Shown: positions 9,879 through 19,870 of the stretch, piece by piece
Position numbering within the stretch: position 1 is the first letter of the stretch
Layout: every line of letters starts with the position of its first letter
Assembly: GCA_964447905.1 (NCBI GenBank)
Contig: CAYUUK010000005.1
Location: 279 to 64,278, forward strand
From: an uncultured Pseudomonadales bacterium
GTDB lineage: Bacteria > Patescibacteriota > Microgenomatia > UBA1400 > UBA1396
Reading direction: 5' to 3'
Length of the DNA stretch: 64,000 bases
The notes under the pieces: generated by a model
The model's input: only the letters and a program-made list of their open reading frames with translations
What the model was told of the DNA's origin: nothing
Database searches by the model: none
Program-made: the position numbers and the translations under genes

Positions 9879-12155
9879 TTATAACCGATTCTGGAGAAAA
9901 CTCCGGAGGCCTGGGAGACGGTGAGTTGGTTCATACATAACTTGAATGAACTGGTCGTTTCCAGCAGGGAGTGGCACCGCCATGAGCGCTGGAGCTACTT
10001 GGATGGGTTTCAAGGTTTGTCCATTTACCATTACTTTCCAGTTGGGGTGCCAATTTTCTGCCAAGATAAGCACGCTTTGTTCAGTGGTAGAAATGGTGAA
10101 ATCAGCTCCATTTTCGTACGGAGTGTACTCAGTAATCTGAGCAGCAATGCTCGCTTCAGTGTAGGAAAGTGTGCAGTTTTTCGGTTTGGTGAGGTCACAA
10201 CTGGTTGGATCAGCGGTCCATACTCGCGGCCAAGCGGCGGTGTTTTCGTAGACGTACACGCCGGATTTCTCGGTGGCTAAAACGAGGTTATCATCTTGGA
10301 CCGGTTGTTCACTCAGCACGTATTTGACGGCCATTTGGTTGGTGACAGCATTGGACTCCGCTGACATGCGCAAGAAACCATTGTATGTAGTCTCTACAAC
10401 GGCAAAATGCTCTTGTAACCAGCGGAAGTAGTCAGTGGAAAGCGATGTGGAGTAGCCGTTGATCACCGGAACGTCAAATAATACAGACGAGTTTGGCAAG
10501 TAAATAGTTCCGCTGGCATGCACACGGCTAGTACCAATGTTATCTTGCAGCCAAGCAGTGAGCTCGGTATCAGGGAATATTTGGTCGCGCGGAGAAAAGG
10601 TATTGAAGTTGCCGAGTTGCAGGGTGAGCTCAAAAAAGACGTAGGCCGCAAGCAGTCCACGGAAAACTCTCCGAGAGAGGCGTTGTGACCAGCCAAGGAG
10701 AGCAATACCGCCATACCCACTCGCAACTACGGCCGCGATTGCGCCGGAGCGCAGAATCCAGCGCTGCTGCACCGCTTCCACTTGGAAGGAGTACCCAATG
10801 AGGAGTACAGCCACAGCTGCTACGAAAAGAAGCGGCCACAACCCGCGTGAACGCAGTGTTTTCCAGTTGAGCGAAGAAATTTTGGCAGTGACGTCATCAA
10901 AGAGCAAACTCGACCAAATGGCCCCGCTCAAAAGCACGAGTGTAATAAGGCGAGTAGCTTGTCCGAGGTTGAGAAATGGCACACCGTAAATAATTTGCGT
11001 AACCAGTGGCACTCCATGCATGATCGACCACGCCAACGCCGCCATGCCCACAAAGAATGTGGCGTCTTTCCGCCAGGTTTTTGTAAGCCACGCCCCGGAT
11101 AGCAGCAGCCATGGCAGTAAACTCATGTAGCGCCCATACTCCACAATATTTTTGTTACCAAAATAAGAGAACTGGTACGTGTTTCCCAGCATGTCTGGCT
11201 GAACGAAACCGGCGATTGACTCGGCAGCGCCAGAAACGGAACAGAGCTCGCAGATTGGTGTATGTTCGCCAGCTTGCTCGCCGCGGATACCGCTTTCGAG
11301 TTTGGTGGTCCAGTTAAGGAGACCTGGCGCCAAGATGGCCACAAAAATACCCACCGGCACAGCAAAGCCCAGTATTTTTTGAACCAGAGTGGCGAGTTTT
11401 GTGTAGGTCTTTTCTTGCCAGACCAAATACCAGAAATACACTCCGAGCATGAGCAAGAGATAGATCACTCCCTGCGTGTAGCCAGATGACCAAACAAAAT
11501 ACAGGAGCGGGAAAAAGGCAATCATCAGCCACCATTTGGTGGTGTACCACAGTCGGCGGAAGACCCACAAAACGAGCGGAAACAAGATCTGCGTATGGAG
11601 ATGAGCCGGGAACATGTACCAGACAATTTGGTGTTGGCCAAACAGCCAAAGAATGGCCCCAGCCAATGCGGCCGCGCGCGTGGGAGTGAGAGCATCTTTA
11701 CGCCCAGTCGCCCAGTCGCGAATGAGCCAGTAGAAAAAAACAGCTCCAAGCGCTGTTTGCCAGAGGGTGTTAATCAAAAAGGCCTCGATCACCCCGCCCA
11801 GTATCCAGCCAGGGAGCTGCAAGGAAATATAGAACCAGTTCATGCCGGCCGGTTGTCCACCGAATGTGTAGGGATTGTAGGTGCTGTACGAACCAGCCTG
11901 CAGATTTTCCCACATGAGCGTATGGCGCGGGGCATAGACCATGATGGCGTCGGCCAAAATGGAGTTACGCGTGCGGACTTCTTCGGCGACAGATTTCTGC
12001 GGAGCGTAAAACGTAGAAATATCACCTGGGAACATGGTGGAGTCTACAGGACGAATCGGCAGCCAGACAAATAGGCCGGCCAGCCCCAAGAACAGCATAA
12101 ACACATACCACGACTCTTGCAGCCAACGCGGAATCCACTGAGTAAAACGGCGCAT
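9879..12155 (-). CDS. large YfhO-like polytopic membrane protein with a C-terminal extracytoplasmic domain
   Basis: About 759 aa. N-terminal two-thirds is multi-TM, C-terminal third is soluble. Start at 12155 forms a TAATG overlap with the upstream GT2 stop. The track ORF extends to 12266. Confidence 0.5.
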   Translation of the reverse strand: MRRFTQWIPRWLQESWYVFMLFLGLAGLFVWLPIRPVDSTMFPGDISTFYAPQKSVAEEVRTRNSILADAIMVYAPRHTLMWENLQAGSYSTYNPYTFGGQPAGMNWFYISLQLPGWILGGVIEAFLINTLWQTALGAVFFYWLIRDWATGRKDALTPTRAAALAGAILWLFGQHQIVWYMFPAHLHTQILFPLVLWVFRRLWYTTKWWLMIAFFPLLYFVWSSGYTQGVIYLLLMLGVYFWYLVWQEKTYTKLATLVQKILGFAVPVGIFVAILAPGLLNWTTKLESGIRGEQAGEHTPICELCSVSGAAESIAGFVQPDMLGNTYQFSYFGNKNIVEYGRYMSLLPWLLLSGAWLTKTWRKDATFFVGMAALAWSIMHGVPLVTQIIYGVPFLNLGQATRLITLVLLSGAIWSSLLFDDVTAKISSLNWKTLRSRGLWPLLFVAAVAVLLIGYSFQVEAVQQRWILRSGAIAAVVASGYGGIALLGWSQRLSRRVFRGLLAAYVFFELTLQLGNFNTFSPRDQIFPDTELTAWLQDNIGTSRVHASGTIYLPNSSVLFDVPVINGYSTSLSTDYFRWLQEHFAVVETTYNGFLRMSAESNAVTNQMAVKYVLSEQPVQDDNLVLATEKSGVYVYENTAAWPRVWTADPTSCDLTKPKNCTLSYTEASIAAQITEYTPYENGADFTISTTEQSVLILAENWHPNWKVMVNGQTLKPIQVAPALMAVPLPAGNDQFIQVMYEPTHRLPGLRSFLQNRL

Positions 12156-13009
12156 TACTTCCATGCTTTGATCATACCGGAAAGGTTTTTGGCTCTCTCG
12201 AGCAAAATCTGCGGAGCAAATTTCAGCCAAGCCACCAGAGAATAACTCCCGAGCACAATCCGCCACCAGTTTTTCCAGTCTTGGCGAGCTTTGAAGCCAG
12301 AGAACTTGGTCGAGGTAGCGTGTTTGTGGTGATAAACGATGGCGTTTTCGGCGAGCGCGGAGGTGAAGCCAGCTTTTCGGGCGCGGAGGGCTAAGTCGAC
12401 ATCTTCTAGATAGGCAAAGAAACTTGGGCGGAAGCCGCGGAGCTGGGTGAGGAGGCGGCGGGTGTACAGCGCGGCGGCGGCGTCTGGGCCGAAGGGTTCT
12501 TTGAGCTTTGTGCGAGGCAACAGATTGGGGTGATTGGTCCAGGAATCCGCTGTGTGTTCCTTGTGAGGAAGCGGGATCGCCTGCCCGCGCCAGCGGAAGG
12601 TAAAGCCTTGGGAATCAAGTGTCGTTTTGTCGCTGAGGTGGATGGTAGAGGCAATCATGTCAGCGCCGGTGGCGTGGTGCGTGGCGACGAGTTCGGAGAG
12701 CCAATTTTGGTCGACCGTGGTGTCGTCGTTAAGGAGAACAACCAAGTCTTCGGTGCTGGCGGTGATACCCGCGTTGACGGCGCCGGTGAAGCCGGTGTTT
12801 TGGCCGAGGGAAATGCAGTGGAGCTTTAGTTGCTTGGTGAGTGTTGTCGGCACTGACTTTTCAAAAGCGCTGAGTTTTTCTTGGCTCGTGTTGGCCATGA
12901 GGTATACCGAAAAATCTGGTACTTGGTGGAGGTCAGCGAGACTTTTTAGACATGCCTTGAGCAGACCTGGACTGGTTAACAGCGTGGGGATGATGATGGC
13001 GACGGACAC
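12155..13009 (-). CDS. glycosyltransferase family 2
   Basis: IIIPTL... plus LLNDDTTVDQNWL (DxD region) is a GT2 fold. Confidence 0.75.
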   Translation of the reverse strand: MSVAIIIPTLLTSPGLLKACLKSLADLHQVPDFSVYLMANTSQEKLSAFEKSVPTTLTKQLKLHCISLGQNTGFTGAVNAGITASTEDLVVLLNDDTTVDQNWLSELVATHHATGADMIASTIHLSDKTTLDSQGFTFRWRGQAIPLPHKEHTADSWTNHPNLLPRTKLKEPFGPDAAAALYTRRLLTQLRGFRPSFFAYLEDVDLALRARKAGFTSALAENAIVYHHKHATSTKFSGFKARQDWKNWWRIVLGSYSLVAWLKFAPQILLERAKNLSGMIKAWK

Positions 13010-13012
13010 ACC

Positions 13013-13150
13013 TTATGAATTCTTATGAGAAGTTTTTTTTGTATCTTGGTGGTCAAGATACTCGGCTCGCAGGATGAAAAAAACAAGACCAAAAGACAAA
13101 ACAAGTGGTCCAGCTTGAGCGATAAGTTTGAGGATATTCTCAGAAAGCAT
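13013..13150 (-). CDS. possible micro-protein (45 aa, one TM)
   Basis: Short ORF, weak signals. Confidence 0.2.
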   Translation of the reverse strand: MLSENILKLIAQAGPLVLSFGLVFFILRAEYLDHQDTKKTSHKNS

Positions 13151-13346
13151 ATTTTTTGTTACTTTCGGCGTATTTATAGACAATATACCACAAGAAACCG
13201 GTAAGCCCAACGTTGGTAATAAACACAATCCAGGATGTTACTTCCAGTCGCATAAAGGCCATCCATGAAACACCAAACGTAATTTGTGAAGCTGTGAGGG
13301 CGATGTCATACAGGCGAGGAGCACGAAGTCGCGGGATTTTTGCCAT
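13140..13346 (-). CDS. possible small membrane protein (about 68 aa, two TM)
   Basis: Only an ORF with two hydrophobic segments in the 395-bp divergent region. No Shine-Dalgarno. Confidence 0.25.
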   Translation of the reverse strand: MAKIPRLRAPRLYDIALTASQITFGVSWMAFMRLEVTSWIVFITNVGLTGFLWYIVYKYAESNKKYAF

Positions 13347-13404
13347 TTGCCTCACTCTATCACCCAAAACAAACAACAAATGCACGGTATACTGAACTAC
13401 AGCT

Positions 13405-14547
13405 ATGCGCGTTCTCTTATTTGTCTATGAATACCCACCGCTTGGCGGTGGTGTGGCGAATGCTATTTATCACTTGCTGCAAGAATGGAAAGACGATGCG
13501 GACCTGACAATAGACGTGGTCACTTCTTCACTGAAAAATGAGTGGGAAACAGAGCAGCTCGCCAAGCGAATTGTGCTGCACCGAGTGCCCATTGGCGTGC
13601 GCTCTCCAGACAACTATCGCCGGCAAACGCTGGTGCATATGGTGAAGTACACGCTGGGATCGCTGTGGCGCGGAACTCGCCTGAAGATGAAAAACAGCTA
13701 CGATGTATCGCTTTCATTTGGGTATCCGGGGCCCGTGGCCAGTTGGTGGCTGTCGTGGTTTGGTGTGCCGTATGTCGTAGCGCTGCGCGGCGTGGATGTG
13801 CCTGGTTATAATCCGCGGTTTTCGTGGGGGAGCTGGGTGCATCGCTTGGTTATGCGGGTGCTGTGGAGCCGCGCCAAGGCGCTCACGGCCAATAGCCAGT
13901 GGCTCGCCGATGGAGCGCGGAAAACCTGGCCGCAGGCTCCGATTACCGTGATTCCGAATGGCGTTGATACTGATCTTTTCCAACCAGTGCCGCCAGAAGA
14001 CAAGTTTGCCGCCTTCACCGTCACCGCTGGCGGCACCGTCATGGGCAAAAAGAAACGCCTCGATGTTCTGATTGCTGGCTTTGCTGAGTTCGTGCAGGCA
14101 GAGAACTTAACCAGTAAAGAAGCCCAGCTGTTGCTGATTGGTGACGGTGATGAGTATGCTGCGCTGGTGCAGCTGGCGCAAGATTTAGAGATAGAATCTT
14201 ATGTTCGTTTTGTCGGCGCCAAAGACCGTAAATGGATTGCTCAAAACTTGCCGCGGTGTCATGTGTTTTGTTTGCCCTCGGTAGCAGAGGGCATGAGTAA
14301 TGCGGCGCTGGAGGCGATGGCGTGTGGGCTGCCGCTGGTTTTGAGTGATGTGGGGGCGGCAAGGGAGATGGTGCGGGGGAATGGGACAGTTTTGCAGTCA
14401 GTCTCGCCAGAAACAATTACGAAGACTTTGAGAGCTTGGCATGCCGATAGTGCTCTTCTTTTTACTATGAGTCAAAAAAGTGCGGCGTTGTCAGCAGAGT
14501 TTTCTTGGGGTATAGTGGGTAAAGAGTTGAAGGATCTATGGCAATAA
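13405..14547 (+). CDS. glycosyltransferase family 4 (GT-B, group 1)
   Basis: C-terminal FCLPSVAEGMSNAALEAMACGLPLV (E-x7-E GT4 motif). Confidence 0.85.
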   Translation: MRVLLFVYEYPPLGGGVANAIYHLLQEWKDDADLTIDVVTSSLKNEWETEQLAKRIVLHRVPIGVRSPDNYRRQTLVHMVKYTLGSLWRGTRLKMKNSYDVSLSFGYPGPVASWWLSWFGVPYVVALRGVDVPGYNPRFSWGSWVHRLVMRVLWSRAKALTANSQWLADGARKTWPQAPITVIPNGVDTDLFQPVPPEDKFAAFTVTAGGTVMGKKKRLDVLIAGFAEFVQAENLTSKEAQLLLIGDGDEYAALVQLAQDLEIESYVRFVGAKDRKWIAQNLPRCHVFCLPSVAEGMSNAALEAMACGLPLVLSDVGAAREMVRGNGTVLQSVSPETITKTLRAWHADSALLFTMSQKSAALSAEFSWGIVGKELKDLWQ

Positions 14548-15902
14548 ATTGGCGCAGACCGCTTATCTTTAGTCTCCTTACCCTGACGGGAAGTAAGGTT
14601 ACTTGGAACTTGCGCAAGATCTGGCAGTATCACCAACTGTCTTCTGCCGAACTCAAGCACATTCAAGACCAGAAACTCACAGAACTTCTTTTGCACGCCT
14701 ACAAAAAAGTGCCGTACTACCACGGAGAGTTACTGCGCCGTGGTGTCGTTCGCAAAAACGGCTCAGTAGATCTTCAAGCATTTACAGATATTCCAGTTAT
14801 GACGAAGGATCGCATGCGTTTGCTTGGTGAAAAATTGCACGCTATGGACCATAAGAAGCGGGGCAGTTTTGAGAATACTTCAGGTGGATCAACCGGTGAG
14901 CCGGTAGTGTTTTTGCAAGATGCACGATATAAGGACTGGAATATAGCTAATAAGTTGTACTATGCCGGACTGGTTGGGAAGCATGTTGGTGAGCGAGAAG
15001 TAAAATTGTGGGGATCAGAGCGAGATATTTTGCAGGGCTCAATCGGTGTTAAAGAACAGCTCATGAATTTTCTCTATAACCGCCTTCTTCTGAACGCTTT
15101 CTTGATGACAGAAGAAGATATGCGAGTGTATGTCGCCAAGATTGATGCCTTTCGGCCGCAGCATATTTGGACGTATGTGGACAGTATCTACCAACTCGCT
15201 CGTTTCATGGAAGCCAATACACTGCGCTTGCAGCACCCACCAAAGTCAGTTATTACCACTGCTGGGGTGCTCACCGAAGAGGTTCGTAGGTTTGTGGAGT
15301 TCGTCTTGAATACCAAGGTGTACAACCAGTACGGATCGCGCGAAGTTGGTGATATGGCTGCCGAAGACAAAACACAAAATGGATTAAATACTTTTCCTTG
15401 GACTCATTTTTTAGAGATTACTGATGCGGGAGAAATACTCGTCACTACCCTCGAAAATTACTCTATGCCACTGATTCGATACAAAATTGGTGACACAGCC
15501 GCGTGGCTCGATGAGAATAGGTACAAAACAGCGCAGAACGCAACTAGAAAACTTGCCAAGGTGACCGGACGAACCACCAATCATTTTCTGCGCGCTGATG
15601 GCACAGTAGTGCACGGCGAGTACTTTACGCACGTCTTTTACTTCAAATCTTGGGTGAAACGGTTTAAAGTGGTACAGGAGCAGTATGATTTGGTGCGATG
15701 TTTGGTCGTTTTAAATGGTCAGCCAAATCCGCAAGAACAAGCGCAAATGACTGCCGATATCAAGACCGTTATGGGAGAAGAGTGTGCAGTGGAGTTTGAG
15801 TTTGTAGAGGAGATCCTCCCGAGTGCTTCGGGGAAGTATTTGTATACGGAGAGTCTGGTTGTGAAAGAAAAAGGAGATCATGAGCTTCAAAAAAATACTT
15901 AA
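14538..15902 (+). CDS. PaaK/CapK-like adenylate-forming enzyme (phenylacetate-CoA ligase family)
   Basis: AMP-binding P-loop TSGGSTGEP. Length and layout fit the CapK/F390-synthetase family. Confidence 0.75.
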   Translation: MAINWRRPLIFSLLTLTGSKVTWNLRKIWQYHQLSSAELKHIQDQKLTELLLHAYKKVPYYHGELLRRGVVRKNGSVDLQAFTDIPVMTKDRMRLLGEKLHAMDHKKRGSFENTSGGSTGEPVVFLQDARYKDWNIANKLYYAGLVGKHVGEREVKLWGSERDILQGSIGVKEQLMNFLYNRLLLNAFLMTEEDMRVYVAKIDAFRPQHIWTYVDSIYQLARFMEANTLRLQHPPKSVITTAGVLTEEVRRFVEFVLNTKVYNQYGSREVGDMAAEDKTQNGLNTFPWTHFLEITDAGEILVTTLENYSMPLIRYKIGDTAAWLDENRYKTAQNATRKLAKVTGRTTNHFLRADGTVVHGEYFTHVFYFKSWVKRFKVVQEQYDLVRCLVVLNGQPNPQEQAQMTADIKTVMGEECAVEFEFVEEILPSASGKYLYTESLVVKEKGDHELQKNT

Positions 15903-16590
15903 AGAGTTGAATAGGAAGGTCGCAAAACAATACGCAGGTACTCGTGCGTACTGGATGAGATCACCTGCTGGGATATCTTTACTGAAAACAACTGAGTATG
16001 CTCTTGAGAAATATACCTCAGGAGGTGATTTTCTTGATGCAGGAGCTGGTAAATTGGCCTATCGTTCACTGTTGAAAGAGTATGCAGATACATATACCAG
16101 TTGTGATTTTCAGAAGGTTCATCCAGAACTAGATGTAGTGACGGATATTGAAAAAATGTCTTTCAAGTCAAAGAAGTTTGATCTCGTTTTTTGCTCCCAA
16201 GTTTTAGAACATGTGCCGCACCCTTGGCTGGCTCTCGGTGAGATGTACCGTGTTTTAAAGCCATCTGGAACGGCAATTATTACTGTCCCCATGCTTGGGT
16301 ACATTCACAATGCACCCTATGATTTTTACCGCTACACCCAATACGGTCTGCATACACTCGCTGAGGATGCAGGTTTTACTGTATTGGAGATTGCTCCTGT
16401 AGGTGGATTCTTTGCATTTCTAGGATACGTATTTACTACGCTTATTTCGCCATTGTATGGAGTTCCTTTTGTTGGAAAACTCCTCGTTCCGCTCCTCTAT
16501 CCGTTGTACTGGACATTTTTACAGTTAGATAGAATTACTAACAATGAGTCTTTTTTTCCGCTTAACTATCTCCTCGTGGTAAGAAAATAG
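15880..16590 (+). CDS. class I SAM-dependent methyltransferase
   Basis: LDAGAG (motif I), DLVFCSQVLEHV, VLKPSG. AAGGAG Shine-Dalgarno. Confidence 0.8.
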   Translation: MSFKKILKELNRKVAKQYAGTRAYWMRSPAGISLLKTTEYALEKYTSGGDFLDAGAGKLAYRSLLKEYADTYTSCDFQKVHPELDVVTDIEKMSFKSKKFDLVFCSQVLEHVPHPWLALGEMYRVLKPSGTAIITVPMLGYIHNAPYDFYRYTQYGLHTLAEDAGFTVLEIAPVGGFFAFLGYVFTTLISPLYGVPFVGKLLVPLLYPLYWTFLQLDRITNNESFFPLNYLLVVRK

Positions 16591-16591
16591 T

Positions 16592-17509
16592 ATGAAAGTT
16601 TTTTTTGCTGGCGATACAATTTTCCCTAATACGAAGCGTACTGTACAGTCAGAAGTCTTAGAGACTCTCGCGGATTCATCATTGTATTTAAATCTAGAGT
16701 CTGTACTTCTCTCAAAGCGGCCCATAAACAGTGATGCATCCTTGATCGCAAAATTACTCGGAAATTATCCAGTTTTTTCTCTTAGCGAAAATAGTGAAAA
16801 TTTCCCTGTAAAGAATGTGTTTTTCTTTCTATCGAATAATCACATTTTCGATTTTGGGAAAAAAGGCATATTGCGTACAGTGCAGTTTTTAGAGGAAGAA
16901 AACAAAGCTCATCAATCAGTAGATTTAGTAGATGGAGTCATAGTGGAAGTTCCTGTTGCCAATCAGGGAAGAATTCTTATTTATAACTGTAATCTTGTAA
17001 ACCCGAGTAAATATGGGGTGAACGTAAATATCTACAATCATAGGTATGGGAGCTTTCCTTTTTCGATTAGAGATGTCAATCGAGCGTTGCAAAATGTGGA
17101 ATATTCAGATGTTTTGGCAGTCATAGGTTTTCCGCACTTGGGGAAGTGTGGTCGAGATAATTTTAGCCCTCACGATTTTGCACAGCTTACGTCACTGCGG
17201 CAATATATTCCGAATTCTATTCCACATATAGTTTTAGGTCATCACTCACATCAAAATGGGAAAACGCATTATTTGCCTGAAAGCAATCAATTTTTACTCT
17301 ATAGCCTTGGTAATTTTATTTTTGAAGAGGTCCATGGTCGTTTTACGGATAAGTATTTTTATAATTACCTCGCCGAGGTAGATGTACAGTCAGGTAGAAT
17401 TGATATCACCCTGCACAAGATATATAGTGATGATCAGGAAATCAGGTTGGTTTCAGATAACGAAAAGTCGTATTATCCGACTGATAATATTGAACAGATA
17501 TCTTTGTAA
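16592..17509 (+). CDS. CapA-like metallophosphoesterase (PGA_cap family)
   Basis: FFAGD...NLES, SNNHIFDFG and GHHSH match the CapA pattern GD/NLE/ANNH/H-x-H. Confidence 0.55.
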   Translation: MKVFFAGDTIFPNTKRTVQSEVLETLADSSLYLNLESVLLSKRPINSDASLIAKLLGNYPVFSLSENSENFPVKNVFFFLSNNHIFDFGKKGILRTVQFLEEENKAHQSVDLVDGVIVEVPVANQGRILIYNCNLVNPSKYGVNVNIYNHRYGSFPFSIRDVNRALQNVEYSDVLAVIGFPHLGKCGRDNFSPHDFAQLTSLRQYIPNSIPHIVLGHHSHQNGKTHYLPESNQFLLYSLGNFIFEEVHGRFTDKYFYNYLAEVDVQSGRIDITLHKIYSDDQEIRLVSDNEKSYYPTDNIEQISL

Positions 17510-17524
17510 AGAATAAGGAAATCT

Positions 17525-17947
17525 ATGGACTACACAATCCAAGAATTTGAAAAAATAAATGATTCTCGAGGTGAATTAGTTGTTTTTCTGAAAAGTGATG
17601 AGCTCGATGAACGGGATCGAGAGTTTGGGCAGATTTATTTTGTTACTTTTGAAGGTGAAAACCAAATTCGTGGTGAACACTATCATAAACATTGGCGTGA
17701 GTGGTTCGGCGTGGTATCTGGGAAAATATTGGTCCGTCTTAAAGATGTACGTAGCGGAGAAAAAAAAGAGATCATTATTGATGCTGACCACAGTAAGTAT
17801 GTGCGTTTAGAAACCGGTCCGTATGTTGTTCACGGTTTTAAGAGTATTTCTGAGTATGCTGCCATGATCAACTATGCTAATGGCATGTGGTCAGAGAATG
17901 ATACGTTTGCTCACCCATTATTTAATGAGGAGTGGAATGAAGAATAA
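17525..17947 (+). CDS. WxcM/FdtA-like cupin (sugar 3,4-ketoisomerase family)
   Basis: DSRGEL...IYFVTF...RGEHYHKH fits the FdtA-type cupin core. AAGGA Shine-Dalgarno. Confidence 0.6.
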   Translation: MDYTIQEFEKINDSRGELVVFLKSDELDERDREFGQIYFVTFEGENQIRGEHYHKHWREWFGVVSGKILVRLKDVRSGEKKEIIIDADHSKYVRLETGPYVVHGFKSISEYAAMINYANGMWSENDTFAHPLFNEEWNEE

Positions 17948-18947
17948 TTCTGCGGTACGAGTACTAGTTTCAGCAGTTGGCAGTACAACAGCTTTATCTG
18001 CTATAAAAGGTTTTCGGCGTGGTACTCTTCCAGTGTATATCTTGGGTACAGATAGTAATTCGCACGATACCGTTGCTGGCAGCGTATTTTGTGATGCTTT
18101 TGAGCGAGTACCACTTTTTCATTCTGATGAATATATACCCAAAATGCTTGAGGTATGCGAAAAGCACAAGATCCAGGTTATTGTTCCGATTGTTGATGAA
18201 GAAGTGTTACTTCTGTCACAAAACAAAGCAGCCTTTTTAGAAAAGGGTATACACATAGTAGCTTCTTCGCACGAAACAGTGTTGAATTGTAATGATAAAT
18301 TAAAGACATATCAGGCGCTGCTGGCCCAAGGAGTGGAGACAACTCCTACTTGGTTGCTTGAAGAAGTAGAAGCTAGCAGCGTCATATTTCCTCTTTTCTC
18401 GAAGCCTAGAAAAGGCCTCAGTAGCCGCGGAATCTCGCTAATCTCTACGGTTGAAGAGTTGCAGTCACTGCGGTCGAAATCTAGTGATTGTGTAGTACAA
18501 CCATACTATCCAGGTACACTCTACGTTGTGGATGTGCTCAATACTACAGATGGAAAGAACATATTTGCTCTGCCAAGAATAGAACATGAATCAAAAAGTG
18601 GAGTTGGCGTAAAATCCACCACTACTCATAATGATACACTTACAATGATATCTCGAGAGGTGAGTGAGGCTCTTGGTATTTGTGGTCCAGCAAATATAGA
18701 GTTCATCCAGACAGAAGATGGCGAGTTTCATTTTATTGAGATTAATCCTCGTTTTTCTGCTGGGTCAATTCTGAGTACTGTTGCTGGAGTGAATATTCAT
18801 CAGCAAGCGCTTGAGTTGTTTCTGGGAAAAGATAGAAATGAGGCACTTGAGTTTTTATCTGGGGTTACTATGACTCGTTATTGGCAGGAAGTGTATTATA
18901 GAGATGGAGAAGAATTTGGGTCACAGAGGGATGAAGCATGGATTTAA
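17937..18947 (+). CDS. ATP-grasp ligase
   Basis: ATP-grasp fold layout: pre-ATP-grasp region, the central nucleotide-binding segment ...SKPRKGLSSRGI..., and the C-terminal IEINPR. GAGGAG Shine-Dalgarno. The 11-nt overlap with the cupin gene suggests coupling. Confidence 0.65.
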   Translation: MKNNSAVRVLVSAVGSTTALSAIKGFRRGTLPVYILGTDSNSHDTVAGSVFCDAFERVPLFHSDEYIPKMLEVCEKHKIQVIVPIVDEEVLLLSQNKAAFLEKGIHIVASSHETVLNCNDKLKTYQALLAQGVETTPTWLLEEVEASSVIFPLFSKPRKGLSSRGISLISTVEELQSLRSKSSDCVVQPYYPGTLYVVDVLNTTDGKNIFALPRIEHESKSGVGVKSTTTHNDTLTMISREVSEALGICGPANIEFIQTEDGEFHFIEINPRFSAGSILSTVAGVNIHQQALELFLGKDRNEALEFLSGVTMTRYWQEVYYRDGEEFGSQRDEAWI

Positions 18948-19870
18948 CGAGGAAAAAGATAGTCATCACAGGTGGTACCGGATTTATTGGGACGCATATA
19001 GTAAATAGTCTTCTATCTTTGGGAGCTGAGGTGATTTCTTTTTCTCGTAAAGAGCGTCTATCGCACCATCCCCGTTTGCATTTTGTGCAGTGTGACCTTT
19101 TCGAGTCATCTTTGCAGGAATACGAATCACTGGCAGATGTTATCGGACAAACTGATGCTGCCATATTTGCAGCGGCTAGTATCTTGCCTCGGAGCGAGGG
19201 CGTAGATAGTTTAATTGCGGCTAAAGAGAAAAACTTCGATACATTTTTGAATTTCACGGAGACCGTCGGAAAAAAAACAAAGCAAGTAATATTTACCAGC
19301 ACTATAGATGTTTATGGAGTTCCTGAACACGAAGAGTACAGTGAGGAACATCGAATTTTACCCGAGTCTTCCTATGGAGTCGCTAAGTATGCAGCTGAGA
19401 AGTATCTTGAGTATTGGTCTCGGCAAAACAGCATTCCGTATACCGGTTTGCGTTTTTCTCAAGTATATGGACCGAATGAGCCATTGGTTCGTGTCATTCC
19501 TTTTGCCGTGCAAGCTTGGAAAGAGAAAAAAGCCTTTCGCTTGATCAATGGAGGCACAGATAAGAGAAGATTTCTGTATGTCCAAGATGCTGTTTCCTCA
19601 ATCATATCTGCACTAAGTACCAATAAAAATACTTTTTACAACATTGCTGGAGAAGATGTGGTTACGATTAGGGATATAGTTTCCACGATTGAAACACTGA
19701 CTGGTTCCACGATGGAAATCCAAGATCTGGTCCAAGAAGGTCGAAGGCCAGTGCATAATGTACCAAGTATAGCCAAAGCGAAAGATGAACTTGGCTTTCA
19801 ACCGGAGTACTCTTTTATAGCCGGGATGAAAGAAGTATTAAAGGATGTATATGAACATGAACAAGAGTAA
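18938..19870 (+). CDS. NAD-dependent epimerase/dehydratase (SDR)
   Basis: VITGGTGFIGTHIV Rossmann motif; YGVAKYAAE gives the YxxxK catalytic pair. Confidence 0.8.
   Translation: MDLTRKKIVITGGTGFIGTHIVNSLLSLGAEVISFSRKERLSHHPRLHFVQCDLFESSLQEYESLADVIGQTDAAIFAAASILPRSEGVDSLIAAKEKNFDTFLNFTETVGKKTKQVIFTSTIDVYGVPEHEEYSEEHRILPESSYGVAKYAAEKYLEYWSRQNSIPYTGLRFSQVYGPNEPLVRVIPFAVQAWKEKKAFRLINGGTDKRRFLYVQDAVSSIISALSTNKNTFYNIAGEDVVTIRDIVSTIETLTGSTMEIQDLVQEGRRPVHNVPSIAKAKDELGFQPEYSFIAGMKEVLKDVYEHEQE

Noticed and set aside
10463-12074. Cluster of 60–160-aa ORFs on the plus strand antisense to the YfhO-like gene
   Set aside because: They overlap a long, well-supported minus-strand membrane-protein gene, and have no Shine-Dalgarno sequences. 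They are typical antisense open frames in a GC-moderate coding region.
9879-12266. Track start of the 795-aa ORF at 12266
   Set aside because: That start would overlap the upstream GT2 gene by 112 nt in a different frame. The internal Met at 12155 gives a one-nucleotide TAATG coupling overlap, the usual arrangement in this locus.
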